A stretch of DNA of 63,652 nt, the filler included, from Octopus bimaculoides (Eukaryota): assembly GCF_001194135.2 (NCBI RefSeq). It is 7 parts of 7 records of this genome, joined end to end, with 100 filler letters (N's around TTAATTAATTAA, not from the genome) between each part and the next. Parts side by side here need not be neighbours in the genome. Positions count along the whole stretch, not along the records: positions 34,679 to 56,109 come from NC_068995.1; positions 56,210 to 61,180 come from NC_068997.1; positions 61,281 to 62,329 come from NW_026362213.1; positions 62,430 to 63,652 come from NC_068989.1; 3 more parts are not named here. One strand, written 5' to 3'. Positions within the stretch are counted from its first letter, which is position 1; the number at the start of each line of letters is the position of its first letter. The notes below the pieces were generated by a model that worked only from the letters and a program-made list of their open reading frames with translations, was not told where the DNA came from and did no database searches. The position numbers and the translations under genes were made by a program. Below are positions 50,201-63,652 of the stretch, piece by piece.

Positions 50201-51249
50201 CTCATTGAGCCCTTCCATAACCTTTTGACCTCCTAGATATACCAGCAAAATCTGCCTCAAATCACACTACATATATCTGAAAAGTAAATGTGACACTGTA
50301 TTCTATGGAAACGGTGGGATTGATCGCAGTACTAATTTTTATTATCATATTCGTGAAGATCCAAAAAGTCCGCGAAATAAAATCAGTACCTATTGCAAAA
50401 TATTCAAAATATTCAAAACCTGCTTAAAAATTTGTTACTCAAACAAAATCAACAGTATCTCTTTGTGTGCTCGACATGTTAAGGATGAGTCAACATATTT
50501 AAGGTGGTACACCAGCATGGCCGAAGTCTGAGGGCTGAAGCAAGAAAAAGATACTTGCTAAGATATTAAAATACAGCTGTGGTAAAACCATAAGATTACT
50601 ATTCAAAATTTACTAGGCCATCCGTACTTGACTTTTATCATACCATAGAAACCAATATGAAAAATCTTCTTGGAATGAAAATTGCATGGGAAACTCAACA
50701 AAGAAGTATATAATGTTTAGGATAGTGCTTATGACACACATTTACAGATAGGCTGCACCCTAATTTAACAAGCAAGGATTACGAGCTCCTCTTTCATCAA
50801 TGCGATGCATTTCCTGTCACAGTCACTATGCGTATATCAAACCCCGAGGATTTAGAAACAAATCTGGACTACGTTATTTGAATAATTGTCATTATGCTAA
50901 TTTTTTCATGGGAACATCCCTTATGTAATGTAAACACGAGTAGTATTTCCATTTCTTCATTTCCACTTGTTCATCGATTCCTAATAACGCGAAGAATCTT
51001 GTGCACGCTAATTAATTATTTTAGAACTACATTGTAATTTCTATACAGTGAATTTACATAAGAGTATTCTTGAAAATTCAGTTTATCTTACTTCTTTTGT
51101 TTGTTGTAGACAACGAATTTTAAGATGTGTATCATATACACATATATGTGCAAACAATATATTTAAAACATAAAAAATATTCATTAAATTACATCATCAG
51201 TGTTGCCCTCGTTCAAAATCCATTTTCACGGAAACATACACAAATAACA

Positions 51250-51560
51250 TGACATTACTCAACATTATTCAAACAAAAGGACACCGACACCTTGCACGGT
51301 ATTGTTACATGTGATGAAAAAGGGATTCTTCATTTTGCCGATTTTGTTCGGATGGTCCAATAGAGATGGAATCGAAGCATCAAACCTTGATGTCAACTCT
51401 ATCCGTATCAATATCGACCTTGGTCTCGGGTCGATCACAGGCCTGATTTTCAACAGCAAAGTCACCAGTCCGGAACATCTCAGATAATCGTAGTACAGTG
51501 CGCTTGTTTGCCACATCTTAACCAAACACCCCTTAATGTTTCGAGCTATCTGCGATGCAT
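51250..51560. mobile_element. Mariner transposase remnant with segments in opposite orientations
   Basis: Minus: ARNI..FRTGDFAVENQ..RPETKVD, SIPSLLDHPNKIGK. Plus: LHGIVTCDEKGILH (first catalytic D motif). Confidence 0.6.
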
Positions 51561-52020
51561 TGGTTCGACGATGGAACTCATATTGATAAACAACATGAAT
51601 TTTTTAATTTCTCTATGAGTTCACAAAAATTGATTTACAAGAGAAAACTCAAAATGTAATGAGATACTATGAATTACATTTTGAAACGTGATGATGTAAC
51701 TCTTCAATGTTGTAAAACAAAGAGTTGTCAGGATAAAACATTAGAGTTAAAGACTGTCAAACTTGGTGCATAAGAAAATCAGACATTCTTAATGACCTGA
51801 TATATATATATATATATATATANNNNNNNNNNNNNNNNNNNNNNNNNNNNNNNNNNNNNNNNNNNNNNNNNNNNNNNNNNNNNNNNNNNACGGCCAAACA
51901 AAATAACATGCATTTACATATCCATTACACACTTACGCTAAAATGTCACACAGTAAAATATAGGTACACATACAATTAATCGTGAATATTTTCAAACGAA
52001 TACCATCACATGGTATAACA

Positions 52021-52071
<51 letters not shown>

Positions 52072-52952
52072 GCACACACACACACATACACACACAAACA
52101 TACATAAACGTGGACGTTCGCTGGAAGTTAATTAAAAGTCATTGCAGGATTATGGAAAAGCTGATATGTGACAGGTGAACAAATTTACACGCTTAGCTAC
52201 AGACGGAGAAATTCATATGCGCACACGGCACACACAAGCACATATATGTATGTTGAAATTCTTTCGGCATGTAGAAAAACGAAATATGAAAGCATTTAGG
52301 CAGTAAGAGTTACGCTGTAATATGACGTACAAGCAATCGGAAAGAAACAAAAATTACTAGTTAGCTGTCAGGAACAACATGTATGGGAAGTGTACTAATC
52401 CCACACAGATCCTTACGTCGCTCCGAATTAGTAACATTGCAGAGAAATGTAGAATTCAGCGTTTGGTATACTAGTCAATAAAATTAGGGGAAAAGACAAC
52501 AACAGATACAGGACGGACCTAGAAGCAATAGAAAACTAGGTACCGTAACTACAAATAGAGTGACATGATTTCATTAATAGGAGTTTTGGTTTGCAGCGGA
52601 GGAAGGTGTTGCGTAAGATGTGTATATATATATCTGATCGGTTATGTAGCCAAGGTTGTGAATTAATTTAATAAACTATCATTAACTACAAACGAGGCGG
52701 CATTAATACTAATCTTCAATGGAACCAGGGCTAAGGGCAGAGGAAGGTTTTGCGTAATTTATGTTTACATCAACCAATTAATAATGTCGTCCTTACTGTA
52801 CATGATCGTCATAACATTCGCAATGCATAAAATAACACCTATTATTATAATCCCCGGGACCCTAGGGTTCCGTACAAGGTTCTTGGGAGTTCCGCAAGAA
52901 TGAGTGAGATAAGCTAATGCTAATTTCATGATTGCAATATTACTATACATAC

Positions 52953-53160
52953 AGGCGGCGAACTGACGGAAACGTTAGCACGCCGGGCGAAATGCTTAGC
53001 AGTATTTCGTCTGTCTTTACATTTTGAGTTCAAATTCGAGGTCAACTTGCCTTTCATCCTTTTGGGGTCGATGAATTAAGTACCAGTTGCGTACTGGGGT
53101 CGATCTAACCGACTAGCCCTCTCCCCCAAAATTGCGGGCCTTGTGCCGAGAGTAGAAAAA
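52953..53160 (+). mobile_element. SINE S3, apparently full length
   Basis: AGGCGGCGAACTGACGGAAACGTTAGCAC..GAGTTCAAATTC..GGGGTCGATGAATTAAGTACCAG..GCCTTGTGCCGAGAGTAGAAAAA. Confidence 0.8.
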
Positions 53161-53379
53161 AAAAGTCTTATACATGCACAACATATTGTAATATTGTAAT
53201 ATAGACTTCATCCCATCTAACCTATTATGTTATCAAAAATATAACAACCATTGGGGATATATTTAGTGAGGGCTATATTTAGTGATGGCACCCACTATTT
53301 ATTCTTTAATTTTATAAAAATGTTTTCAAAGGGAAGCATTCAGTAAATTCGAACGAGGTTAGTGATAAATGCCCCGAAA

Positions 53380-53456
53380 CTCCTCTGCAAGGGTTCCTTG
53401 AGATGTGTAATTCATTTTAAGGGTTGCGCAAGGGTAAAAAAGGTTGAGAAACACTG
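53380..53456. mobile_element. hAT (Charlie-like) element terminus
   Basis: Reverse complement starts CAGTGTTTCTCAACC, a typical hAT TIR. Matching end not found. Confidence 0.5.
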
Positions 53457-54537
53457 CACTAGAGGGTCGCATTTTGAAAACACGGCTCTTTGGTACTGTA
53501 GTCAAGAAAATCGTTCTAAGCAGCCTTAGCTTCGGACCCAAGCTCATCTTCTAATCATGTATCTACATACATAGCGTAATTTCTGGCAACTACATTATCT
53601 AATGGACTAGATGAAGGACATTTACCAGCGCACAGTATATTTGAGGGGGTCACAAGGGATGTAATCTAGGCTCTTAAATTGAGACCGTTACACCCTTCAC
53701 TAATAGTCTTATCAGCAGCAGCATTCTAGCATTATCACATTTATATTCATGTTAAGGACAACCTAAATTAACGATAGGTATATTATAATAAGGTGATATA
53801 AATACAGTAGATAACACACTATTATATACATATTTGCCATATCATCAACTCTTTTAGCAGACGCATTTCATCTTATGCTGTAACCTAAACGAAGTCCACT
53901 CTTCGTTGATATTTTGGAATGCAAGTGGAGTTCCGTATTATCTAACAATAACGGGAGCTATTTTGGCTTGCGATTTACAACTCTAAAGGCGTTACATTAG
54001 GTTAGTGTTTAGTTTCTTACGTTGTAAAACTCGCGAGTTTTGATACAGAAATTAGTTGTGCCTGCTATTGACATCGATGCGTTAAGACAAGTTAAAGCAG
54101 AAAATACCACGCAATAAGATATATAATGATAAAAACAATTGTGTGATTTACGCGATTGTTTTAATTATTATATATCTTATTCCTGGTTTCTTATTATTCT
54201 TCATTAAGACAAAAATGAAACCTGGTTTTATTACTGTTAAAATAAGATAGTAACAATTTTGAAACAATACATTTACAATGCCAAATATTTATTGTAAAAA
54301 AATCTTTAGCCAACAGTTAAAGGCTTTTAGTAATTGAAAAGTAAAGCATAAAGTAATTTCCCTTTAGGTTGCAGATCATACACCAAAGTAACACCCAATA
54401 GGGAATCTAATTCATCCATATTACATTCCGTCCTTGGGTGATGCATTACTTTACGTTTGTTCGGCGTAATTCTCTCTATCCAACGAGTGTGCTTCACATT
54501 GTTATGCCTCGAACTTTTATGTATCCAATGTAATCGG

Positions 54538-54671
<134 letters not shown>

Positions 54672-55723
54672 GTATATAGATATATGTGTGTGTGTGTGTA
54701 TGTATGTATTATGTGTGTATGTATATACATATATGTACATGTATGTATATGTATGCATGTATGCGTAAGGCTTCTTTATTAATCACTGTATTGAGAAATT
54801 TACCGTACTACAACAGCCTCATATAATTACACCCAATGCAAAACATACCATGATAATAGAGAGGATGTCATACATAATGGTCATGAGAGTAATGGTACGC
54901 AGAATATCTCTGCAATGTTTATCTTTGTTGGTTTATCTTGTCAGTTGTTCTGGACAAGACATTAAGCCTATCTCTCCAATTTATTTCAGCTCAGTCAAGA
55001 TAAATATATGTCAGAAGCACATTGATATAACTAGGGCTTTTACACTATAAGCTGTGTACTGTAGAGCACGCGCACATCTTATCAGAAAACAATTAAGGAA
55101 ATGAAAATTAAGTTATAATCTCTGTAATGATGACGAGAGTAATGATGATGATCATCATTATCGTCATTATGAGACGAAGTGGGAGAATTATTTAGAAGTT
55201 GATGATGATGGTAGCTGTGTTGCTGCTTTGGATATTGCGATGTGATTCTGTGATAGCGTGATGATATTGATGATGAACAACGTCATCTTCCTATATAATT
55301 AAATTTCAAGGTAATATATAATAATGTTGTTCTTGATTTTGACTTCGTTGTTTTCCGTGCATTTCTTGTTTGTGTAGTTGTTATACGTTGTTATTATTTA
55401 TGTTATTCTTACCGTTATTGTTTTCATTAGAATTTCTTCTGCTTATTTCCATTATTGCTGTTTCTGTTTTAAATGAATATTGTTAAAATTGTAAGCTTTC
55501 TCTTATTTAATTACATAGTGTGAGCCAACAGCTTTAGGCTTACAGTTATTATTTTCCTATTGTCTTATTTTCTCATTTCAAAACACATCTTGATTATTCC
55601 ACTTATTTAAATTTATTTATAAGTTGAGAAAAATAACGTTCTTTGTTCAAAATTTTCTGATACAAAAAGTATAATAGCTTCCATATTTTATTTCAAAGTA
55701 TTTCAATTATTATTATTATTAAT

Positions 55724-55789
<66 letters not shown>

Positions 55790-55851
55790 GTAATGCTTTT
55801 GTTGATTTTGTTGTTGGTGTTGTTCTTTTCTTCTTCTTCTTATTATTATTA

Positions 55852-55904
<53 letters not shown>

Positions 55905-55905
55905 G

Positions 55906-56109
55906 TTCAGTAGTTTTATTTTTATAACGTGCTTTCACTTCATTACCGAGCGCAGCTCTGTGCGCCTTGGGTATGTGCTGTGGTTTGTTGTGGTGCTCTT
56001 ATGTTTACTGTATTGAAAGTGTTTTGCGTAGAATGTGTGCAGTACCCAGTAGTGCAATTTTCTGTATGTTATATATATTTGTAAGTCCTGGTGTTTTTGT
56101 TATGTATTT
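55906..56109 (-). mobile_element. 3' end of R4/Dong-clade LINE with (TAA)n tail
   Basis: Only 2 body substitutions seen versus 23982-24189. Abuts (TTA)n 55841-55904. Confidence 0.85.
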
Positions 56110-59100
56110 NNNNNNNNNNNNNNNNNNNNNNNNNNNNNNNNNNNNNNNNNNNNTTAATTAATTAANNNNNNNNNNNNNNNNNNNNNNNNNNNNNNNNNNN
56201 NNNNNNNNNTATATATATATATATGCACACATATATACGTGTGTATGCTTGATTATTTATAAATGGTATAAGCTTTTGTAAGTTTTATGCACAAATTTGC
56301 ACAAGTGTATGTTTGTAGATAGAGAGGGAAACAGACAGACAGAGAGAGAGAAAGAAAGAAGTGGGGGAGAAAATCAGCACCATTACCACCTTCGAAAACG
56401 AAGTGAACATCCTTTTGAGCACAAACCTCGAAGAAAATCCATCGCTGCACCGTATTGAACTCGCTTGTTCTTCAGTTACTGAGCAATAGGCTTAAATAAA
56501 CATTACAGAACTGCCCCAGCGCGGTCCCAGCCGTACAAGGTGCAATCTTGAAAATATGACTGAATCTTCAAAAGGTTTCCATTATGGAGTGGTTTATAAT
56601 TTGAATTCACAGCTATGTTATTCCAGGTTCGATTCAACAATGTGACCTATTGGTCCACCGTCCCAAATTTTCGTGAGAGAATGAGATGAACCGGAGACTG
56701 TATGTGGCTACTCGAACGATGAAATATACCTGCAATATAAAGTCAACCTTGGTCACACACTAGGTTAGTTCTTCTTTAGGTCACAAATGTCTGTTGATTC
56801 CTTTCCCATATTACACTGACTATATGTCTTTCTGTTAAACAAAGCACAGAAGTCTCATATGCTCCCAATGCTCGAGATTCCATTAACCATTTATAAATAT
56901 ATAAACAACGTGTGTTTTATTATTTTTGTTTGTTTTTTGTAATATATACATGTATATTTGTATAGGCACAAACGTAAGTACACGTGCACACTCTCACAAC
57001 CCCGACACGTACACACACATATCTACATATGTGTTATGTCTCAAGCTACTGCTATCTAGCACCTTTCGGATGATCTCTACTCAACCGCTACACAACTGCT
57101 GCTCGACTGCTACTCAACACTCCTACCACGGCCAGACTACCTCTATTTATATGTCCTGGAAGATCCTACTTCTTCGCCTGGGGGCGTCGGCGCAACAATA
57201 TCTATCTATCTTTTTATCTAATTATGGGAAGGCACGTGCCTCGTGTAAAAGATGTGGCACCTACAATAGCAAGACTGTGGTTTTGACTGTCGAAAGGGCT
57301 TTCATGTAACGTTCTTGAGCAAAGCACTTCATTTCACATTACTCGCCGATCACTATGACATCTGACGTGCTGCACAGCGTGCTAACGTATATCACAAAGA
57401 TTGAATCGTNNNNNNNNNNNNNNNNNNNNNNNNNNNNNNNNNNNNNNNNNNNNNNNNNNNNNNNNNNNNNNNNNNNNNNNNNNNNNNNNNNNNNNNNNNN
57501 NNNNNNNNNNNNNNNNNNNNNNNNNNNNNNNNNNNNNNNNNNNNNNNNNNNNNNNNNNNNNNNNNNNNNNNNNNNNNNNNNNNNNNNNNNNNNNNNNNNN
57601 NNNNNNNNNNNNNNNNNNNNNNNNNNNNNNNNNNNNNNNNNNNNNNNNNNNNNNNNNNNNNNNNNNNNNNNNNNNNNNNNNNNNNNNNNNNNNNNNNNNN
57701 NNNNNNNNNNNNNNNNNTATATATATATACGTATAGTCAAAGAGCAAGGTATTCTTCTGTAGAGTAATATCTTATTTAATTTAATTAATTAATTAATTAA
57801 TTTGTTAATAGTTTCTCAAGTACATGTTCCTCGTACCGTAAAATATACTTTTATTTTCGCTATACAATCGTCTACTTGCAAAACCGTTCAACACTGTGAA
57901 CTTCTGTCTTGCTAATCCAGCTGATTGTCTGCTGTACATCAAGCAAACAACCAAGCGTCCGCTTTGGAGAAAATATTACGCTCGATTTACCTACCTTAGT
58001 CCAGATGACATTTCCATGCATCTGTATAAAGCTAACGGATACTGATGCAATCGAGATATATAGAGATTTATAGATGGAGAAATAGATATAGTTTTGAGCA
58101 GTTTCATTGACTCATGGTGTGTTTTTTCACCAGGTTTCAGTCTTGATCGATAAAGATTTGTGATCAAAGGTTTTCGACCCGTGACCATTCCGTGTTTTCT
58201 TCAAACATACTGTATTTCTTACAAGAGATTTGAAATCTATATTGCGATTTGGACATGGTGGTGTAGAGATTTTGATCCTATTTCAAGTGGGTTGAGCGAC
58301 ATGTTCCCACACACACACATACAATATTGGTCAATAAATGGATATATTCTTATGGATAGAGGAAAAAGATAGCCAGAGAGATAATGTATTGCTAAAAATG
58401 CGGACGCGTGGGTTGTGAACATGTGTGTGCGTGTGTGTGTGTCTGTGTGCGTGCGTGCGTGCGTATGTGTGTGTTTGTGTGTGTAATCCTGGCTAGATAA
58501 ATATCTGTGCGGAGATAGATATTGGTAAATATTTAGATGAATAATTGATATATATTATTTATATAGATACATAAATTAATATATATACATATATATATAT
58601 ATATATNNNNNNNNNNNNNNNNNNNNNNNNNNNNNNNNNNNNNNNNNNNNNNNNNNNNNNNNNNNNNNNNNNNNNNNNNNNNNNNNNNNNNNNNNNNNNN
58701 NNNNNNNNNNNNNNNNNNNNNNNNNNNNNNNNNNNNNNNNNNNNNNNNNNNNNNNNNNNNNNNNNNNNNNNNNNNNNNNNNNNNNNNNNNNNNNNNNNNN
58801 NNNNNNNNNNNNNNNNNNNNNNNNNNNNNNNNNNNNNNNNNNNNNNNNNNNNNNNNNNNNNNNNNNNNNNNNNNNNNNNNNNNNNNNNNNNNNNNNNNNN
58901 NNNNNNNNTATATATATATATATATATGTATGTATAGGTATATACGGCGTATCGCAAACGGATATTTTCGCATATATATCCTGGTATGTGTCGAATCATC
59001 TATAAATGCATATACATTTATACACATACTTATGCATGTGTGCCAGTAAGCATATATGTATGTATGTATGCATATATGTATGCATACGTATATGTGCAAA

Positions 59101-60180
59101 AAAAAACCTTCAGAGAATCATTGAGAAACTGAGATACTGGTAGCGGAGGTGCTGGCCTATTTGCATAGAAAACACGACTGAGATGGTTTTATGTAGTAAA
59201 ATTGGAATCACAAAGAGAGAGACAGAGTGCGAGAAAGAGAGAGAATCAAATAAAGACAGGACGCTAGAATGAGAAAGAGAAAGCGAATGAGAGAGAGAGA
59301 GAGAGACACACACACACACAGAAATATGTGTATGTATGCATGTATGTATATAGGCTTTAGTGAGTGCCTGTAAGAGAAATAGATAGTTCAATAAATGATT
59401 GAGTATGAGATAATAAGAACGCCTTTGAATCAGAGGGACACTACACACTCACACAAATATACATCACACATACAGAGAGAGATAAAAAAATGAGAGAGCG
59501 AGAAAGAGAGACAGAGTGAAAGAGAGATTGAAAAAGGGAGAGGGAGAAGGAGAGCGATGCAAAAAAGAAAAAAAAAAAAAAAANNNNNNNNNNAAAAAAA
59601 AAAAAAAAAAAAAAAAAGCAAACAGCTAAATCGTAGTGAACTTGACGTATAGGTTGGTATACCGAGATAGAATCTGCCGAGAATGAAGTGTTTTGTAATT
59701 AAGTGTCGGATGCCTAGTCTTCACTGGCAATATATAGATTTGAAGCAAACTCTGCTGAGATGATCTTTGACTCTGCCTTGCTTTATTATTGATCGTCTTC
59801 ATTCTTTCATTCTTATATCTCTTTCACTTTCACTTTCACTTTCGTCCCCTCTATTTTTTTTTGTTCTCTCTTTTTTTTCCTACACACTCTCCCTCTATTT
59901 CTCTCGTTCTCTCCTTCTTCTCTCGTTCTATTTTCTTCCCCCCTCCCACCGCCATCCTTTTTCTGCGTTTCTTTGTATCGTTTTTATACACCAACAGCCT
60001 TAACAGACCAACACGTTAAAACACGGTATGATTGTAAATGAAGCAGATTATGAATGTATGTAGTTATGTGTATGCATGTATGAATATGTGCGATGTACAG
60101 GGATGTATACATTTTTTTTATAAACTATTCGCAGACCGTCTAAATAAAATAAATGAGAGTGTGTACTTATATATATATAT

Positions 60181-60250
<70 letters not shown>

Positions 60251-60251
60251 T

Positions 60252-60286
<35 letters not shown>

Positions 60287-61280
60287 TGTATGTATATATA
60301 TATNNNNNNNNNNNNNNNNNNNNNNNNNNNNNNNNNNNNNNNNNNNNNNNNNNNNNNNNNNNNNNNNNNNNNNNNNNNNNNNNNNNNNNNNNNNNNNNNN
60401 NNNNNNNNNNNNNNNNNNNNNNNNNNNNNNNNNNNNNNNNNNNNNNNNNNNNNNNNNNNNNNNNNNNNNNNNNNNNNNNNNNNNNNNNNNNNNNNNNNNN
60501 NNNNNNNNNNNNNNNNNNNNNNNNNNNNNNNNNNNNNNNNNNNNNNNNNNNNNNNNNNNNNNNNNNNNNNNNNNNNNNNNNNNNNNNNNNNNNNNNNNNN
60601 NNNNNNNNNNNNNNNNNTATATATATATATAGATGTGTGTGTATATATATATATAGATAGATGTATATATATATATGTATATGTGTGTGTATATATGTGT
60701 GTATGTGTGTGGATGGATGTACGCATGTATGAATGCAAGCAAGTGTGCATGTATGGTTGCATGTATGAGACTACTTGTGTGAATGCACGCGTGAAAATTT
60801 CGGAACATGATATGGTTTGTAAAATTTAAAAAGATAAATCAAGAAAATAAATTTCGAACAAGCACACATATAAATACTCACACACACACACATACACGCA
60901 CAGAAAAAAAACACACGCACTATAAAGCACTCTCTCTATCTCTGTCTCTCTCTCACACACACACACACACATACACTCACCCATAATATATGTCTTATGT
61001 ATAAACATACATCTTCCAAATCTTGCGCTTTTCTGCACACAAGATACAATGGCTAGCATATAATTATGATTTAACATATTTATGTATAGGTATGTGTGCA
61101 CATATATATGTGGATGTGTGTGGATGTGGATGTGTTTGTGTGTATGTATGTATATATATATATGTAAATATATATATATANNNNNNNNNNNNNNNNNNNN
61201 NNNNNNNNNNNNNNNNNNNNNNNNTTAATTAATTAANNNNNNNNNNNNNNNNNNNNNNNNNNNNNNNNNNNNNNNNNNNN

Positions 61281-62329
61281 AATGTACATACATCCAAAAA
61301 ATCATACGTAAATGCATATTGATATATTTCTTAAAAGGAAGAATTACCCAGACATATTTACCTAAAATATATCAGTAAATCCAGCAATCATCCAAATTCA
61401 GTAACGAGAAATTTGGTCAAAAATATTTCACTTAGACTATCCAATCTTTCTACGAATGAATGCATCTTCAATAAGGAGGCTGAATTTTACAATTTAGCTT
61501 TATTAAAAGCAGGTTACAGAGAAAAGGTTAATTATATAGATTTTAATTATGAAACCGATATGAGTAGTAATAATAGTAATATTTTTAATAGCAATAGTAA
61601 TAATGATACAGTTTTTAATTTAAATAATAACAATAAATACGAAGATAACCTCAATCATAAATTACCTAACGATAGCAACAAGATTAACATCCTTCCACGA
61701 AATAAGGGAAATAACAGTCAAATAAAACATTGTCTTAACGATAATAATAAACTAAGACTATTTATAAACAATACCGGAAAACATTCTAAACCAGAACCTA
61801 ATAAATATGTCTGGGTAATTCTTCCTTTTAGTAAAAGTGTAAAATCAAACTTGGTATCCCAGTTCCAAAACCCTATAAATAAGAACTTTCCTAAATATTC
61901 TCATTACTCCCAAGTCATAAACACACACAAGGTTAGATTCGGTTTCTCTAACATGAAGAACATTTCACAGATAATATCTGCACACAATATGAGGCTTTTG
62001 CATCCACTAGAGAGTTCAAACAGTAATAACATTGAACCAAACATTATTAACCCTTACCAAAATAACAATAATAACGCTAATAATAATAATATAGGGAACA
62101 ATAATAATAACACGACACATAATAGTAATAGTCACAACAACAAAATCATTATTTCAGAAGTCAATAGCAAAAGAATTAGTTTTTTAAGTGAAAATGCGAA
62201 ACTCAGAAACAATGTACCAATGCCAAGTTAGTACTCCCACAGATACTCACTTTTATGACGGTTCTTCCTCTACACCATTATATATCAATATGCATTTACG
62301 TATGATTTTTTGGATGTATGTACATTTTT
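61281..62329 (+). mobile_element. Penelope-like element: RT thumb with Asn-rich inserts and start of GIY-YIG, bounded by 47-bp inverted repeats
   Basis: YISKSSNHP..ISLRLS..YNLALLKAGY, VWVILPFSKSVKSN, FGFSNMKNISQIISAHN, MYQCQV..FYDG. 61281-61327 is the reverse complement of 62280-62326. Confidence 0.85.
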
Positions 62330-62429
62330 NNNNNNNNNNNNNNNNNNNNNNNNNNNNNNNNNNNNNNNNNNNNTTAATTAATTAANNNNNNNNNNNNNNN
62401 NNNNNNNNNNNNNNNNNNNNNNNNNNNNN

Positions 62430-62870
62430 TGGTAGTTATTTGTATTGTTATCAATAATAAGACAATTTTTATTTTCAAGGGTCTTAGCTAGTTCAATGTT
62501 CTTTCTATTTAACTTATTGATAATAGATCCTATATTGGGGAGAGTAGAGTATGAGATACGGATTGTGTGTTGAGAGAAGATTTTATAATATCTATGGTTA
62601 GGGTCGAAATTTTTTTGTAAGATATCCATAAATTTCTTATAGATGTTCGTAGATACTAAATAGTTGTAAGGGATGTTAAGCCATATAGAATTTTTTCTTC
62701 TAAATTTGTAATATGAAAGGGGTTTGTGGTTATCATAAGTATTTGGGGTTATATTATTGCTTCTACTATCATTTGTAGTTTTTTTATTGGGATCTATCTT
62801 GTTATGTAAAGTAATTTTCTTATTATTATGGACATTATTATAATTTTATCAGAAGAGTACAATGGATTGC
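62430..62870 (-). mobile_element. Penelope-like RT C-terminal fragment
   Basis: RKNSIWLNIPYN..VSTN..KNFDPNHRYYKIFSQHTIRISYSTLPNIGSII. Confidence 0.8.
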
Positions 62871-62879
62871 CTACCACTA

Positions 62880-63455
62880 TGATAACAAGATGAAAATGAA
62901 AACCAATGAATCACAAGAAGAAAACCATTTTAAGAAACTATTTAGAAGTAGAAGAAATCCACCTCCAAATCCGTTATAAGAAAACTTTGAAAAAGACTTA
63001 CTGAACTTTATTGCTAATATCAAGTTTAAGAAGCACCCACTAAGATAAAACCCGCACCTAAGGAAACTGAAGGATATTATCAAATCTATACAAAGCAAAC
63101 CAGGTATTTTGGTCCCGGCAGATAAAACCGGAAATTTATATAGAATAGATTATACTACCTACAAAAAACTAATTACGAAGGAACTTAACAGCAAATATAA
63201 AATAACTTCAAGAAAAACATTATCAGACATCAATTTAAAAATCAAAAAAATTATGACAATATAATCTGATAGAACTGAACCTCTTGCACCCTGTGAACCT
63301 AAAATTAATTTAAAAGACCATAAGAAAAACTTTCAGGAAAACCCTACTGTTAGACTCATTTGCCCAACTAAATCTAATATTGGAAGACTAAGTAAGCTTA
63401 TTCTAGATAACATTATACCGTTCATTATTCCTAACCTTACTCTAAAATTATGGAT
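62880..63455 (+). mobile_element. Penelope-like RT N-terminal fragment
   Basis: FEKDLLNFIANIKF, LVPADKTGNLY, LKDHKKNFQENPTVRLICPTKSNIGRLSKLILD. Confidence 0.85.
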
Positions 63456-63459
63456 TAAT

Positions 63460-63652
63460 CATGGGCTGTAACTGCTGAGGACATACGTAAGCTCGCAAGG
63501 AATGAAGCCAGTATGCTCCGTTGGATGTGTAATGTCAATGTGAATACCCGTCAGAGTGTAAGTATCTTGAGAGAAAAGCTGAACATTAGAAGCATCAGTT
63601 GTGGTGTGCAAGAGAGACGATTGCGCTGGTATGGACATGTGGTGAGAATGGA
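63460..63652 (+). mobile_element. RTE-clade LINE, post-RT region, continues past window
   Basis: WAVTAEDIRKLARNEASMLRWMCNV..RRLRWYGHVVRM, open to the window edge. Confidence 0.9.

Noticed and set aside
54790-54960. Plus frame with three N-glycosylation sequons then AMFIFV; minus frame with TM-like LRTITLMTIMYDILSIIM
   Set aside because: Splice signals are weak and both strands give plausible peptides, so neither can be supported.

Overview
AT-rich, microsatellite-rich animal genomic DNA from a gapped short-read assembly. The repeat families and the artificial N-TTAATTAATTAA-N spacers suggest an octopus or other coleoid cephalopod (inferred from memory, not database-verified). No complete host gene is visible. 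Most long ORFs in the track are artefacts of N gaps or (TA)n/(CA)n repeats. The supportable content is mostly decayed transposons: Tx1/L1-like LINEs (6.6-7.3 kb, 12.9-16.2 kb), Tc1 and mariner elements, a Tc1/mariner MITE, R4/Dong-type RLE LINEs (one old body, two near-identical young 3' ends in (TAA)n), five Penelope-like (PLE) segments, an RTE fragment and at least three tRNA-derived SINE families. Non-obvious signals: (1) type I hammerhead ribozyme motifs, including a canonical-core one at 22960-23021(-) and one at 21399-21440(-) inside a ~348-bp repeat. That repeat's second copy stops 7 nt from the predicted cleavage site and folds back into a ~100-bp inverted arm, which is retrozyme/pLTR-like. 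(2) ~130-bp direct repeats flanking a Tx1 LINE. (3) A ~7.7-kb TE-poor tract (26.85-34.6 kb) that reads like a long minus-strand 3'UTR ending at a textbook poly(A) site. (4) A few isolated splice-flanked candidate exons of unidentified host genes.
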